A stretch of DNA of 64,000 nucleotides from Oceanispirochaeta sp. (GCA_963663385.2 CAXXXD010000004.1:1120001-1184000); one strand, 5' to 3'; shown: positions 29,072 through 39,956, numbered from the stretch's first letter. Numbers and translations: made by a program. Notes: generated from the letters alone by a model not told the origin.

Positions 29072-29935
29072 TCAGCCTTTTACGGCACCCAGAGTCAGTC
29101 CTTTAACAAGGGATTTCTGGGTAACCCATCCGAGTATGACCGCAGGCAGAATGGCCACTGTTGATGATGCGGAGAGCTGTGCCACAAACATCCCCTGCTG
29201 TTCCCTGAACCGGGACATATAGACCGGCAGTGTCGCCGTTGAATTCCCGGTCAGGTTGAATCCCAGAAAGAACTCATTCCATACAAAAATCGCAACAAGA
29301 AGCCCAGATGAAATCAAACCTGTTCTTACCAGGGGCAGCGCTATGGAGACAAGCTGTCTGAATCTGGAACAGCCGTCAATTTCCGATGCTTCTATAATGG
29401 ATTTGGGAACATCGGAAAAGAAAGAGTGAAGCATCCAGACAACTATCGGTACATGAAAGCCTATGTAGGCTATCAGCAGCCCCAGAGGGGATTTTATCAG
29501 ATTGAATTTCTGATACCAGGTATAAAGGGGGATAATAACGGCTACCGGCGGAAGAAGGATCGTTGTAATAAACCATACATAGAACTTTTCCCCAGTATTT
29601 TTCTTTTTAAATTTGCCAAAAACCAGAACAAAAGAAGCCGGGACCGCCAGAAGCAGACAGAAAAGGGTGGTAAAGAATACCTGAAAGCAGGAATTTTTAA
29701 GATAACCAAACATATTTCTGTCGCTCAACACCATTTTAATGGTTTCCAGAGTCGGTTTAAATATCAGACTGGGACGGACCGCCTGATGTTCCGTTTTGAA
29801 AGATGTCAGAAACATATAAAGAATGGGAGAAAAATAGATTATGGCTATGGCAAAAATAACCAGAGTCAGAATGGTTAGCTTAATCCTTTTTTTCGTCCGG
29901 TGTTTTTTTTCTATATTGATTGTTGAATTTTCCAT
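29072..29935 (-). CDS. Carbohydrate (polyol) ABC permease, MalG/SmoG-type
   Basis: IIEASEIDGC EAA motif, FVWNEF, LVKGLTLGAVKG. Confidence 0.88.
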   Translation of the reverse strand: MENSTINIEKKHRTKKRIKLTILTLVIFAIAIIYFSPILYMFLTSFKTEHQAVRPSLIFKPTLETIKMVLSDRNMFGYLKNSCFQVFFTTLFCLLLAVPASFVLVFGKFKKKNTGEKFYVWFITTILLPPVAVIIPLYTWYQKFNLIKSPLGLLIAYIGFHVPIVVWMLHSFFSDVPKSIIEASEIDGCSRFRQLVSIALPLVRTGLISSGLLVAIFVWNEFFLGFNLTGNSTATLPVYMSRFREQQGMFVAQLSASSTVAILPAVILGWVTQKSLVKGLTLGAVKG

Positions 29936-29952
29936 CAGTAATCTCCCCCCTG

Positions 29953-30840
29953 TCACTCGTAGGTTGCACTGCGTTTCTTGATGATTCTGTAAAGAACATT
30001 TACGGCAATCAGAGTGATAATAACAGTCATGGTCGCAAGGGCTCCGGCACGGCCAACCTGGGAACCATTAAAAATCTCCATATAAACCGCATAGGGTAGG
30101 TTGTAGGAGCGTGTACCCGGTCCGCCCGCTGTGGTTACCAGGATCAAACCGATTTCCTTTACGATAAAAATCAACCCCAGCATGATGGCTACCATCATAT
30201 GCTGAGAGATCATGGGCAGTTTTATTTCGAAGGTCGCCCGGAACCAGCTGGCGCCGTCTACTCTCATACTGTCTTCCACATCCTGCGGAATCCCCTGAAG
30301 ACCAGCCAGGATAATCAGCACGAAAAAGGGAATCCACTGCCATGAGAACAGGAATATAATAACTCCCATGGGGCGGTAGCTCAGAAGGTCTACCGGTGTC
30401 AGCCCCAGGGCCTTTGTTATAACACCGTACCAGCCGAAGGTAGTATTCAGTATGGTTGTTTTCCAGATAACACCGCTTGCCGTAGACATAACGAAGAAGG
30501 GGCCCATAATAAGAGTCCTGGCAATGTTGATACCAGGCACATGGTGGTCCAGCAATATTGAAAAAAGAAAACCGGCAACAGCACAAATGACAAGCGTTGA
30601 GAGGGTGAGCACAATGGTTTGCCAGAAAATAGTGTAGAATTCCGGTATTTCTGAAAAATCCGAAATCTTCAGAAAATAGGCGTAGTTTTTTAATCCGTTG
30701 AATTTGATGCCCAGATCAGGACGTGATAAATTCCATTTCAGAGTTGAAAAGATAATTGTCAGCAGAAATGGTATCTGAGTCATGACTGCTACAACAATTA
30801 CCGCGGGTAATAGAAATAACCAGTCTCTTTCCTTTTTCAT
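29953..30840 (-). CDS. Carbohydrate (polyol) ABC permease, MalF/SmoF-type
   Basis: WQWIPFFVLIILAGLQ, DSMRVDGA, TAGGPG. Confidence 0.88.
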   Translation of the reverse strand: MKKERDWLFLLPAVIVVAVMTQIPFLLTIIFSTLKWNLSRPDLGIKFNGLKNYAYFLKISDFSEIPEFYTIFWQTIVLTLSTLVICAVAGFLFSILLDHHVPGINIARTLIMGPFFVMSTASGVIWKTTILNTTFGWYGVITKALGLTPVDLLSYRPMGVIIFLFSWQWIPFFVLIILAGLQGIPQDVEDSMRVDGASWFRATFEIKLPMISQHMMVAIMLGLIFIVKEIGLILVTTAGGPGTRSYNLPYAVYMEIFNGSQVGRAGALATMTVIITLIAVNVLYRIIKKRSATYE

Positions 30841-30938
30841 AAGGTATCCTTAAAAAAGTCGAAGTGTTTTAAAAAAGTATAATATATATTTATTTAATGT
30901 CCCGAATTATTTTGAAATCATTATGTTGTTATGAAATC

Positions 30939-30961
30939 CCGGGCAGCCTGAAGCTGCCCGG
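30939..30961 (-). terminator. Hairpin after the binding-protein gene (terminator or mRNA stabiliser)
   Basis: CCGGGCAGC-CTGAA-GCTGCCCGG. Confidence 0.5.
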
Positions 30962-30989
30962 AATAAAGATTTAAACTGAATTATGCCGA

Positions 30990-32363
30990 TTAACGGTAGT
31001 CACCATCAATGGCGACCTGGTTAAATACGTCTTCTGTTTTCTTAATGGCTTCGTCCAGTGTAATTTTGTCTACAACATAGTCAGCCAGGTACTGGGTCAT
31101 TTTGGTTCCCGCATCGGCGAATTCGGGAATGGCAATATACTGCAGGCCCACATAGGGAACAGGATCCATGGTGGGTTTGGTGAAATCGGTGGATTCCAGA
31201 GTCTTCAGTGTCATTTCTGCGTAAGGAGCCGATTTGTATGCATCCAGTTTATAGGTTGACGAACGGGAAGCGGGCGGTGTAAGAGATCCGGTTGCATCCA
31301 GCTCGGTTGTCAGCTTGATATATTCTTTGGACGTTGCCCACAGGATAAAATCAAATGCCGCTTTTTTCTTGTCATCGCTGCTGTTGGGGTTGATTCCCAT
31401 AGACCAGTTCCACAGCCATGCGGTGTTGGTTTTCATTTTCTGATGGGGAGGAAGAACGTATCCGACTTTACCGGCCACAGCAGAACCTTCCGATTCCAGA
31501 GGAGGTGCAATGGATGTGGCATCGTAGTAGATACCGCATTTCCCGGACTGCATCAGGGCGATACATTCGTTATAGGTATAGGAGAGGATATCTTCCTGGC
31601 CTGCTTCTCTCAGGATTTTCTTGTACATCTCCCAGGCTCCTCTCTGTTCGGGGGTATCAATTGTGGCATTCCAGTCCATATCGTAAAAACGTCCGCCGAA
31701 TGCATTAACCATTGTCACAAAAGGGGCGCCGCTCATGCCCCAACCGGGAGCGCCGCGCATTGTCATACCTACGATTCCGTTGGCAGGATCATGTATTTTC
31801 TTGGCCAGTTCGTAGATTTCGTCCCATGAGGGAGAATCAGGCATTGTGAGGCCTTTTGCAGCAAACAGTTCTTTGTTGTACATAATAAAGGAGCTTTCAC
31901 CGTAGAAGGGAAGAGCGTAGGAATCGCCGTCGAGAGACAGAGATCCAACCATCCCCTGGATCAGGTCAGCACGGTCATACCAGTTTGCTTTATCAGCGCT
32001 GAGCTTATCAAAATAGGGTTCCATGTTTTCGAGCCACCCGAACTTAGCCCAGTTGGTTGCTTCATAAGGGCCAATTACAAAAATATCATAAGTATCACCG
32101 CCGGTAGAGGCTTCGGTGGTGAGTTTTTGACGAAGGTCGTTTTCGGGGAGTACGGAGATCTGCACATCTACCCCTTCGGCAGAGTAGTTTTCTCTTGCAA
32201 TCTTTTCCAGGGCCTGATTAATCGGGTTGTTCGGCAGTGCAATGTTAACAACAGTCAGTCCGCCGCTGGTTTCTTCCTGTTGACCGCCGGCGAATACAAA
32301 AGTTCCTGATGCCAGTAATACCAGACATAGTAAAATTGACATTACCCTTAGATTCTTTTCCAT
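30990..32363 (-). CDS. Polyol ABC substrate-binding protein, SmoE/MtlE-like
   Basis: LPENDLRQK, ALPFYGESS, MRGAPGWG, WLWNWSM, PVPYVGLQYIAIPEF. Confidence 0.85.
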   Translation of the reverse strand: MEKNLRVMSILLCLVLLASGTFVFAGGQQEETSGGLTVVNIALPNNPINQALEKIARENYSAEGVDVQISVLPENDLRQKLTTEASTGGDTYDIFVIGPYEATNWAKFGWLENMEPYFDKLSADKANWYDRADLIQGMVGSLSLDGDSYALPFYGESSFIMYNKELFAAKGLTMPDSPSWDEIYELAKKIHDPANGIVGMTMRGAPGWGMSGAPFVTMVNAFGGRFYDMDWNATIDTPEQRGAWEMYKKILREAGQEDILSYTYNECIALMQSGKCGIYYDATSIAPPLESEGSAVAGKVGYVLPPHQKMKTNTAWLWNWSMGINPNSSDDKKKAAFDFILWATSKEYIKLTTELDATGSLTPPASRSSTYKLDAYKSAPYAEMTLKTLESTDFTKPTMDPVPYVGLQYIAIPEFADAGTKMTQYLADYVVDKITLDEAIKKTEDVFNQVAIDGDYR

Positions 32364-32462
32364 AGAATACTCCTTAATTGATTTACTTAAAACCCGGATT
32401 CCCGAGTATTGAGTCCAAAACAACTCCCAACGGATAAAGCATTTTTTTTGTTAATCCATTAC

Positions 32463-32474
32463 GTAAACGATTAC
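32463..32474. promoter_or_regulatory. LacI-type operator (GTAAACGATTAC)
   Basis: Identical copy at 33686-33697; variants at 33813-33824 and 34929-34940. Confidence 0.6.
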
Positions 32475-32576
32475 CTGTATTGTAAAATAATAGCATTGAA
32501 ATATTTTCCGGTCAATAAATAATATATTATCGATATTCTATAAACTGTTTGTAAATAATCTTTTATACTTTCCCTG

Positions 32577-33614
32577 TCAGGCCAGTTCAATCTGTATCTT
32601 TACAGTTCCGGCGGAAGGGTCGGATGCCTTTTCGTAGGCTTCTATGCTCCGGTCAAAAGGGTATACGGCTGATACCAGCGGATTGACATCAATATCGCCG
32701 GATGCAATCAGGCGTATGGACCGGTCGTATTTGTTGGCATACCGGAAAACTGATTCAATACGCAGTTCCCTGGACTGCAGTCCGGTGATACTGAACTGAG
32801 CCATATCATCCGCCGGGATGCCCACGAGAACAATACAACCGCCCGGAGCGGCAAATCGATGAAGGTTTCTGAAAAGGTCCGGACTGCCCGATGCTTCAAA
32901 TATCCGATCAACTCCCCAGTGGTCTGTTTCTTTCATAATCCTCTCGAGGGGATCTTCTTTTAAGGCATTAATCGGGATAATATTTTTATAATTTTCCGTA
33001 ATGGCAAGTTTCTTCTCATTTATGTCCGAAATAAAAACTCTGCTGCAACCCCCTGCCAGGGCAGATAACGCAGTTAATATTCCGATGGTCCCGCAGCCCG
33101 TTACCAGAGCCGTGTCTCCGGGCGTAATCCTGGCCTTATCGGCTGCCTGCATACCAATGGCAAGAGGTTCAACCATAGCCCCTTCGGCATAACTTACATT
33201 TTCGGGGAGTTTAAATGTTAATGAAGCCGGATGAACAACGCTTTCACACAGGCAGCCATGAACAGGAGGGGTTGCCCAGAATACAACATCAGGATCCAGG
33301 TTATACATCCCCAGAAGGGTTTCCCTGCTTCCCATTCCGGGAATCCCCGGTTCCATGCAAACCCTGTCTCCAGCCTTGAGATTTTTTACATTTTTTCCAA
33401 CTTCAGTTATAATCCCCGATGCCTCATGTCCCAGAACCATCGGCTCTTTAACAATATACTTTCCTATCCCTCCGTTGAGATAGTAGTGGACATCACTGCC
33501 GCAGATGCCCACATTCCTTATGCTTATTCTAACATCGTTGTCACCGCAGGTAGCGTATATATCCATATCCTTGATGGCCAGAGTTTTTGTTTTCTCCAAT
33601 ACCAGGGCTTTCAT
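32577..33614 (-). CDS. Zn-dependent polyol (xylitol/sorbitol-type) dehydrogenase
   Basis: [38 protein letters not shown]. Confidence 0.88.
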   Translation of the reverse strand: MKALVLEKTKTLAIKDMDIYATCGDNDVRISIRNVGICGSDVHYYLNGGIGKYIVKEPMVLGHEASGIITEVGKNVKNLKAGDRVCMEPGIPGMGSRETLLGMYNLDPDVVFWATPPVHGCLCESVVHPASLTFKLPENVSYAEGAMVEPLAIGMQAADKARITPGDTALVTGCGTIGILTALSALAGGCSRVFISDINEKKLAITENYKNIIPINALKEDPLERIMKETDHWGVDRIFEASGSPDLFRNLHRFAAPGGCIVLVGIPADDMAQFSITGLQSRELRIESVFRYANKYDRSIRLIASGDIDVNPLVSAVYPFDRSIEAYEKASDPSAGTVKIQIELA

Positions 33615-33672
33615 AAAGGGCTCCTTAATTATCTCAAGTATCAATAGAATTCTGATTTGTTTCACAGTATAG

Positions 33673-33697
33673 ATAAATCGATTGCGTAAACGATTAC
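33673..33697. promoter_or_regulatory. Tandem LacI-type operators in the divergent promoter
   Basis: ATAAATCGATTGC followed by GTAAACGATTAC. Confidence 0.6.
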
Positions 33698-33848
33698 TTA
33701 ATGGTATTACTGAATATTATATCTGTCAAATAAAAAATACTGCTTTCTACAGAAATAACCGGATAGTATAACTTGCTTGACGTTCGGGAAAGGCTGGTGT
33801 ATTCTGGGATAGTTAATCGATTACGTAATGTTACGAGGAGAATTTTCT

Positions 33849-34859
33849 ATGGGTGCCTCCATGAAGGATGTCGCAAGACTGGCCAATGTCTCTACTGCTA
33901 CTGTTTCCCATGTTATTAACAATACGAGGAACGTGAATCCGGAAACACGGGATAAGGTTATGAAGGCAATCAGGGATCTGCACTACAATGTAAATCCCGT
34001 AGCCAGAAATCTCAGAAGCGGGAGTTCCAGGGTAATCGGTTATGTGGTTTCCAATCTGGCAAACTACTTTTTTACAGACATTGCCCTCAGCATTGATTCC
34101 ATACTGAGTGAAAAAGGGTACCACCTGATCTATATCAATTCCAATGAAGATCCGGCCAAGGAAGAAGACAATATAAGAAGCCTGATAATGCAGAATGTGG
34201 ACGGCTTGATCATTGCTCCCGTAGGGCAGGACTGCAGTTATATGGAAAAGGTTATCGGGAATCGCTGTCCCTGTGTTTTCTTTGACAGGAAGCCGAACGG
34301 TTTTGCACGCGACTATATTTTATCTACCAATTTTGAGGGGGCCTTCGAAGGGACTGAACACCTTATAGAAAGAGGGCATACGCAGATCGGGTTTATAAAT
34401 TCCCGTGTGGATGAAACTATGCTGGAACGTATGAACGGGTACAAAGCCGCCCTTGAAAAACACGGGCTGCCTGTTCTGGATGATCTTATCTGTTCCGGAA
34501 CGGGACAGCCCATGAGTATGGGGGAGCTTAGAACCGGGGAGTCTTACCAGTACGCCAGGTACCTGTTTGAAGAGAAGAGAGTATCGGCTGTTTTCTGCGG
34601 CAACGCCCTGGCCGGAGTAGGCGCTATCAGTTATATAAAAGAAAAAGCGCTGGCCATTCCGGAAAAAGCCGGCGTTGTTACCTTTGACGATTCTTTCTGG
34701 CTTTCCATGTCGTCGCCGGCTGTCACAGCGGTTAATCAGAACAAATTTTCCATCGGGCAGCGTGCCGCCGGAACTCTTCTGGAAAGGATTGAAGGGGATA
34801 GCCGTCCCTATTCCGAATACCGGATTCCCACCAATCTTGTTGTAAGGGACTCCTGTTGA
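33849..34859 (+). CDS. LacI family transcriptional regulator
   Basis: MKDVARLANVSTATVSHVIN HTH, YNVNPVARNL hinge, sugar-binding domain. Confidence 0.92.
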   Translation: MGASMKDVARLANVSTATVSHVINNTRNVNPETRDKVMKAIRDLHYNVNPVARNLRSGSSRVIGYVVSNLANYFFTDIALSIDSILSEKGYHLIYINSNEDPAKEEDNIRSLIMQNVDGLIIAPVGQDCSYMEKVIGNRCPCVFFDRKPNGFARDYILSTNFEGAFEGTEHLIERGHTQIGFINSRVDETMLERMNGYKAALEKHGLPVLDDLICSGTGQPMSMGELRTGESYQYARYLFEEKRVSAVFCGNALAGVGAISYIKEKALAIPEKAGVVTFDDSFWLSMSSPAVTAVNQNKFSIGQRAAGTLLERIEGDSRPYSEYRIPTNLVVRDSC

Positions 34860-34972
34860 TGTTCAGGAATCATAAATCGATAATTGAATAAGAAAAAAGG
34901 AGGTGCAGACAGTCTGAAAATTTCTGCAGAATCGATTGCGTAGCGAAATTTGCATGAAATGTGAGGATTGTA

Positions 34973-35731
34973 ATGAGTACTCTTAATGGAAAAAACAAAA
35001 CGGCTTATGTTACCGGCGGTGCAAGGGGAATAGGTAAAGCTGTCGCTCTGGGCCTTGCCCGAAATGGTGTTGATGTGGCTATTGTCGATATCGACAGGGA
35101 TGCGGCAGCAGCTGTTGCAGCCGGGATAAAGGGGATGGGCCGCCGTTCCATGGCTATATCCTGTGATGTGACCGACCCGTCGGACGTAACAGCCATGGTC
35201 GGTAGTATCGTGTCGGAGTGGGGCCGCCTGGATATTGCTTTTAACAATGCCGGTATCTGTATCAATGTTCCGGCAGAGGATATGAGCTATGAACAGTGGA
35301 AAAAAGTTACGGATATCAATCTGAATGGTGTCTTTCTTACCTCACAGGCTGCCGGGCGGGTCATGATTAAACAGAAGGGCGGGGTTATTATAAACACCGC
35401 TTCCATGTCCGGTCATATTGTCAATGTACCCCAGCCCCAGTGTGCCTACAATGCGTCCAAAGCGGCTGTTATAATGCTGACAAAATCCCTGGCTGTGGAA
35501 TGGGCTCCCTATAATGTACGGGTTAACAGTTTAAGTCCCGGCTATATTGCTACTGAGATGACAAAAGCCGCCCCGGAAGAGTGGAAATCCCGCTGGGTGG
35601 ATCTGACTCCCGCCGGAAGAATGGGCAGTCCCGAAGAGCTGGTAGGCGCCATCCTTTATCTGGCTGATGATTCTTCATCCTATACAACCGGAATGGATCT
35701 TGTTGTGGACGGCGCATTTACCTGTATATAG
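34973..35731 (+). CDS. SDR oxidoreductase (arabitol/mannitol dehydrogenase-like)
   Basis: TGGARGIG, NNAG, ASMSGHIVNVPQPQCAYNASK, SPGYIAT. Confidence 0.85.
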   Translation: MSTLNGKNKTAYVTGGARGIGKAVALGLARNGVDVAIVDIDRDAAAAVAAGIKGMGRRSMAISCDVTDPSDVTAMVGSIVSEWGRLDIAFNNAGICINVPAEDMSYEQWKKVTDINLNGVFLTSQAAGRVMIKQKGGVIINTASMSGHIVNVPQPQCAYNASKAAVIMLTKSLAVEWAPYNVRVNSLSPGYIATEMTKAAPEEWKSRWVDLTPAGRMGSPEELVGAILYLADDSSSYTTGMDLVVDGAFTCI

Positions 35732-35745
35732 GAGAGAGGTGGAAT

Positions 35746-37293
35746 ATGCAGGAGTATATCCTGACTTATGATATAGGAACGACAGGAAACAAGTGCACTG
35801 TTTTTAACCGGAACGGTAAAAGCCTGGCTTCTGTAACGATACCCTATGAAACAGAGTACCTCAGGCCCGGCTGGGCGCAGCAGAATCCGGAGCATTACTG
35901 GGAAAGTGTCCTTCAGGGGACAAAGCAGCTAAGCCGGGAATTCCCTGAAATGGTAGAAGCTGTATCGTGTATAGGTCTAAGCGGCCATATGAACGGTATG
36001 CTCCCAGTGCGCAGGGACGGTACTCCTGCTTTTCCGGAGGTTATCCACTCGGATAACAGAAGCGCTTCCTTCTGTTCCCGAATCAGGGAACGAATCGATG
36101 ACAGGAGTTTTTATGAGATAACGGGAAACCGGATTGATGCTCACCTGTCTCTGCCAAAGATGCTGTGGTTCAAAGAGATTCACCCGAATCTGTATAAGAA
36201 GACCGCCTGGTTTCTCCAGAGCAAGGATTTCATTGCCGGAAGATTGACTGGTAATTACGGTTCCACAGACTATTCGGATGCCTCCCTGACCTGCGTGCTG
36301 GACCTGAACAGGAAGGTATGGTCCGAGAGGATTATGGAAGAGACCGGCCTTAACAGGGAAAAACTTCCCTGTCTGCTTCATTCTCATGACCCTGTGGGGA
36401 CATTGGACCCGGTGCTTGCCCGGGAACTGGGACTTAAGGGGGGAATCCCCGTATTTGCCGGGGGGGGGGATGCCTCCTGTTCGGCCAGGGGCGCCGGCAT
36501 CGGGGACTATACCACCGCACAGAACTATATAGGCAGCAGTTCCTGGATTTCCGTACTATCCCCCGAGCCTATGGTGGATGAGAAGAGGCGGGTCCAGAAT
36601 TTCTACGACCTGGACGGGGAGAATATTAATGTCTGCGGAACCGTACAGTGCGCCGGGATTGCTCTGGACTGGATGATGCAGGAAATAGCCGAACAGCGTG
36701 AAGGCGGGGGATTTAACTACAGAGAGGTCGAGGCTCTGGCTTCCTGTTCCCCACCCGGCGCATCGGGACTGTTTTTCATCCCTTATCTGATGGGGGAGAG
36801 AACCCCCCACTGGAAATCTTTCTTAAAAGGTGGTTTTGCGGGTCTCTCTCTCATTCATAAAAGAGAGGATCTTGTCCGGGCGGTGTTTGAAGGGATAGCC
36901 TATGCCCTTAAGGATGTTCTTAATGTGTTTATTGAGAATGGAACGGATGTGGAGGAACTGTCCCTGACCGGAGGCGGAGCCCTCTCTCCTTTCTGGAATC
37001 AGATGATGAGCAGTATTTACGGAAAACCTGTTAAAAAGCCTGACTCTCCCAAACAGGCCACCAGCCTGGGCGCTGCTATGGCGGCGGGAGTGGGCGCCGG
37101 GTTGTATGATTCCTATGAAGAGGCTGCGGGTATTGTCAATTTCAGTAACCCGATTATTCCGGAGAAAGAAACCGTAGCGTTGTATGACCGGGCATGGGAG
37201 ACATTTCACAGGCTTTATGCTCCCTACGAGGAGCTTTCCGGGATTTTAGCTGAATATCAGTTAGATGTTTACAAACACGGAGATCAGGAGTGA
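35746..37293 (+). CDS. FGGY carbohydrate kinase (xylulokinase-like)
   Basis: DIGTTGNK, GLSGHMNG, PKMLW, TDYSDAS, PYLMGERTP, RAVFEG, GGGA. Confidence 0.85.
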   Translation: MQEYILTYDIGTTGNKCTVFNRNGKSLASVTIPYETEYLRPGWAQQNPEHYWESVLQGTKQLSREFPEMVEAVSCIGLSGHMNGMLPVRRDGTPAFPEVIHSDNRSASFCSRIRERIDDRSFYEITGNRIDAHLSLPKMLWFKEIHPNLYKKTAWFLQSKDFIAGRLTGNYGSTDYSDASLTCVLDLNRKVWSERIMEETGLNREKLPCLLHSHDPVGTLDPVLARELGLKGGIPVFAGGGDASCSARGAGIGDYTTAQNYIGSSSWISVLSPEPMVDEKRRVQNFYDLDGENINVCGTVQCAGIALDWMMQEIAEQREGGGFNYREVEALASCSPPGASGLFFIPYLMGERTPHWKSFLKGGFAGLSLIHKREDLVRAVFEGIAYALKDVLNVFIENGTDVEELSLTGGGALSPFWNQMMSSIYGKPVKKPDSPKQATSLGAAMAAGVGAGLYDSYEEAAGIVNFSNPIIPEKETVALYDRAWETFHRLYAPYEELSGILAEYQLDVYKHGDQE

Positions 37294-37295
37294 AA

Positions 37296-38159
37296 ATGAG
37301 ACATGTCGGAATTTATTACGCCTATTGGACCCATGAGTGGGATGTGGATTTCTTTCCCTTTGTTAAAAAGGTAAAGGGGCTTGGGTTTGATCAGCTGGAA
37401 ATAAACGGGGGCGCCCTTGTTCTGATGGATGACAATCAGAAAGACCGTCTGAAAAATGAAGCCCTTGAACAGGATATAAGGCTGAGCTACGGCATTGGCC
37501 TGACCCCGGATCACGATGTTTCCTCTCTGGATGAATCAGTCAGAAAAAACGGAGTGGCCTTTATGAAGGATATGATCCGTTCCGTCGCTTATATGGGCGG
37601 CGGGATGATCGGGGGAACGGTCCATAGCTACTGGCCGGCGGTTAACCCGGAGGATCTGGATGAAAAAAGGCGGATACAGGACAGGAGTCTGGCCAGTATG
37701 CGGGAAATGATTCCCCTGGCGGAAGATTCCGGTGTTATTCTGAATGTAGAGGTGATAAACCGGTTTGAGCAGTTTTTGTTGAATACCTGCGCGGAAGCGG
37801 TAGAATATGTCCGGGAGATAGACAGTCCCAACTGTAAAATCCTTCTGGATACATTTCATATGAATATCGAAGAGGATTCCATAGGCGGCGCCATAAGGCA
37901 GGCAGGGGCCAATCTTGCCGCCCTTCATCTGGGGGAGACAAACAGAAAACCCCCGGGATGCGGAAGGATGCCCTGGGGAGAGATTAAAACGGCCCTGGAT
38001 GACATCCGTTTTGACGGTCCTCTGGTTATGGAACCTTTTATTCAGCCGGGGGGAACGGTCGGCAAAAATATCGGGATATGGAGAGAGATCATGCCCGGAG
38101 CCGATCTGGATAAAGAAGCAGCCAGGTCTGCCGAATTTGTAAAAAACACTTTGTGCTGA
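37296..38159 (+). CDS. Ketose 3-epimerase (D-psicose/D-tagatose 3-epimerase family)
   Basis: GIYYAYW, EVINRFE, DTFHMNIEE, HLGETNRK.PG.G.MPW, MEPF. Confidence 0.85.
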   Translation: MRHVGIYYAYWTHEWDVDFFPFVKKVKGLGFDQLEINGGALVLMDDNQKDRLKNEALEQDIRLSYGIGLTPDHDVSSLDESVRKNGVAFMKDMIRSVAYMGGGMIGGTVHSYWPAVNPEDLDEKRRIQDRSLASMREMIPLAEDSGVILNVEVINRFEQFLLNTCAEAVEYVREIDSPNCKILLDTFHMNIEEDSIGGAIRQAGANLAALHLGETNRKPPGCGRMPWGEIKTALDDIRFDGPLVMEPFIQPGGTVGKNIGIWREIMPGADLDKEAARSAEFVKNTLC

Positions 38160-38167
38160 AGCATGAT

Positions 38168-38203
38168 AAAAAAGGGGAATACGCAAGTATTCTGTCCCTT
38201 TTT
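38168..38203 (+). terminator. Probable intrinsic terminator
   Basis: AAAAAAGGGGAATAC-GCAA-GTATTC..CCCTTTTT hairpin. Confidence 0.5.
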
Positions 38204-38276
38204 CAGTCATAAAGCGACAGAGACTTTTCTATGAAAAGTGCTCGAAAGCATATAGAAACATATAGAGGAGAATTTT

Positions 38277-39215
38277 ATGATTATAAGCCTTGGTGAGGCT
38301 CTGATTGATTTTATCAGTCAGGAAAAATTGAATTTCAGCGGTTTTCCAGGGGGATCCCCTTTCAATACTTCTATTGCCGTTGCCCGTCAGGGGATACCCT
38401 GCCAGTTTCTGGGAAGAATGAGCCGGGATCTTTTTGGAAGACAACTGACACAGTATCTGAAAGACAATAAAGTAGGGACTGATCTGATTATTGAAACGGA
38501 TGATGCGACAACCCTCTCTTTTGTGCAGAAACAGGCTGACGGATCAGCTCAGTACGCCTTTTTTGCCAACGGTACAGCCGACCGGTTCTGGACGGAAGAG
38601 GATCTGAAGTCCATCGTTCTGCCGAAGGAGGCAAAGATACTGCACTTCGGTTCCATCTCCTTTTCCCAGGAGCCCTGCGGTACAGTTCTTTCCCGGTTCC
38701 TCCAGGAAAAAGCTTCTCATCTCCTGCTCTCCTTCGATCCCAATATCCGGCCGTCCCTTGTGCCGGACAGGGCTATCTATATGGAGCGGTTTCATAAAAT
38801 CTGCAAAATCTGCTCCGTCATCAAACTGAGCGATGAGGATCTGGAGTGGCTTTTCCCCGATAAAACGATAGAACAGGCACTGTCCCTTCTGATGGATGAG
38901 GGAATTGCTCTTATCGCCCTGACTGAAGGGAAAGCGGGGGCTCGTCTTATTACAAAGAAGCAGAGTATCGTTTCTCCCTTATACGACCTGCCAGTAGCTG
39001 ATACGGTCGGAGCAGGAGATACCTTTCATGGCGCCATTCTCACCTTTCTGCACCGGAAACAGATTTTCACACGTCAGGAGGTGGAAAATCTCAGTGAGTC
39101 CGATCTGAGGGAGCTGGGGGATTTCGCCAATAAGGCGGCCGGTATTAACTGCCACCGCTCAGGAGCGAATCCGCCGACAGACAGGGAGATGAACAGCGGG
39201 GAATTTGCCCTATAG
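38277..39215 (+). CDS. PfkB family carbohydrate kinase (fructokinase-like)
   Basis: GEALIDF, PGGSPFN, FDPNIRP, KLSDED, DTVGAGDTF. Confidence 0.88.
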   Translation: MIISLGEALIDFISQEKLNFSGFPGGSPFNTSIAVARQGIPCQFLGRMSRDLFGRQLTQYLKDNKVGTDLIIETDDATTLSFVQKQADGSAQYAFFANGTADRFWTEEDLKSIVLPKEAKILHFGSISFSQEPCGTVLSRFLQEKASHLLLSFDPNIRPSLVPDRAIYMERFHKICKICSVIKLSDEDLEWLFPDKTIEQALSLLMDEGIALIALTEGKAGARLITKKQSIVSPLYDLPVADTVGAGDTFHGAILTFLHRKQIFTRQEVENLSESDLRELGDFANKAAGINCHRSGANPPTDREMNSGEFAL

Positions 39216-39956
39216 GATCAGTTCTGTAAGGTCTCTGATCATCCGGGAAGGGGCGCATTTTTTTTCATCCCCTTTCCGGTATTTTCCCGATTGTATCAGT
39301 ATCCCCTTTAATCCCGCTTCTTCCGCTCCCCTGATATCAGTAGACCAGTCATCGCCGATGACGCGGATTTCTCCGTCAGTTTCGTTTCCGGAATTCAGGA
39401 GGGAGCAGGCGATTTTGAAGTAACCGCGGGAAGGTTTGCCCATTACAGGGATATCCGTTTCAGAAGCCCTTTCCAGCAGAGAAGCAAAGGAGCCGGTATC
39501 CAGGAAGCGCTTTCCTTCTTTCAGATAGAACAGAGAGCCCGATGCGCTTACCGCAGGGACCCCGTCCAGCAGGAACGTCAGGGCTTTCTGCAGGGAGTCA
39601 TAGGCCATATTATCCCTTTCAAAATCGGCCAGAACCATAAACTCCGGATTCCGGTCGGTCCACTCGGCCCGGATCTGTTCCTTCTCGAGGACGGAACCGA
39701 TTGTAAAGACCTTTGTGATGTTTTCTTTTTTCAGATACCCATTAATCGCGGAAAGGGGATTGATAATCCTGTGGGGGGGGATGTCCATCCCTGCTGATGC
39801 AAGGCGTTCGCTCTGAAGACGGGGAGGTTTTACCGAATTGGTCATGATCAGAAAGTCCCCGTTATTTTTCTGCAGGTCCCCGATAAAAAGGGGGGATGAG
39901 TTTATCGCATGGGAGCCGGCCAGCAGGGTGCCGTCCAGGTCTATAAGGTATTTCAT
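39210..39956 (-). CDS. HAD-IIA (NagD-like) hydrolase
   Basis: DLDGTL, MTN, GKPS, IGDDWSTDIRGA. Confidence 0.85.
   Translation of the reverse strand: MKYLIDLDGTLLAGSHAINSSPLFIGDLQKNNGDFLIMTNSVKPPRLQSERLASAGMDIPPHRIINPLSAINGYLKKENITKVFTIGSVLEKEQIRAEWTDRNPEFMVLADFERDNMAYDSLQKALTFLLDGVPAVSASGSLFYLKEGKRFLDTGSFASLLERASETDIPVMGKPSRGYFKIACSLLNSGNETDGEIRVIGDDWSTDIRGAEEAGLKGILIQSGKYRKGDEKKCAPSRMIRDLTELIL

Noticed and set aside
29072..32363. Missing ATPase gene in the polyol ABC cluster
   Set aside because: CUT1 systems commonly share a MalK/MsmK ATPase encoded elsewhere
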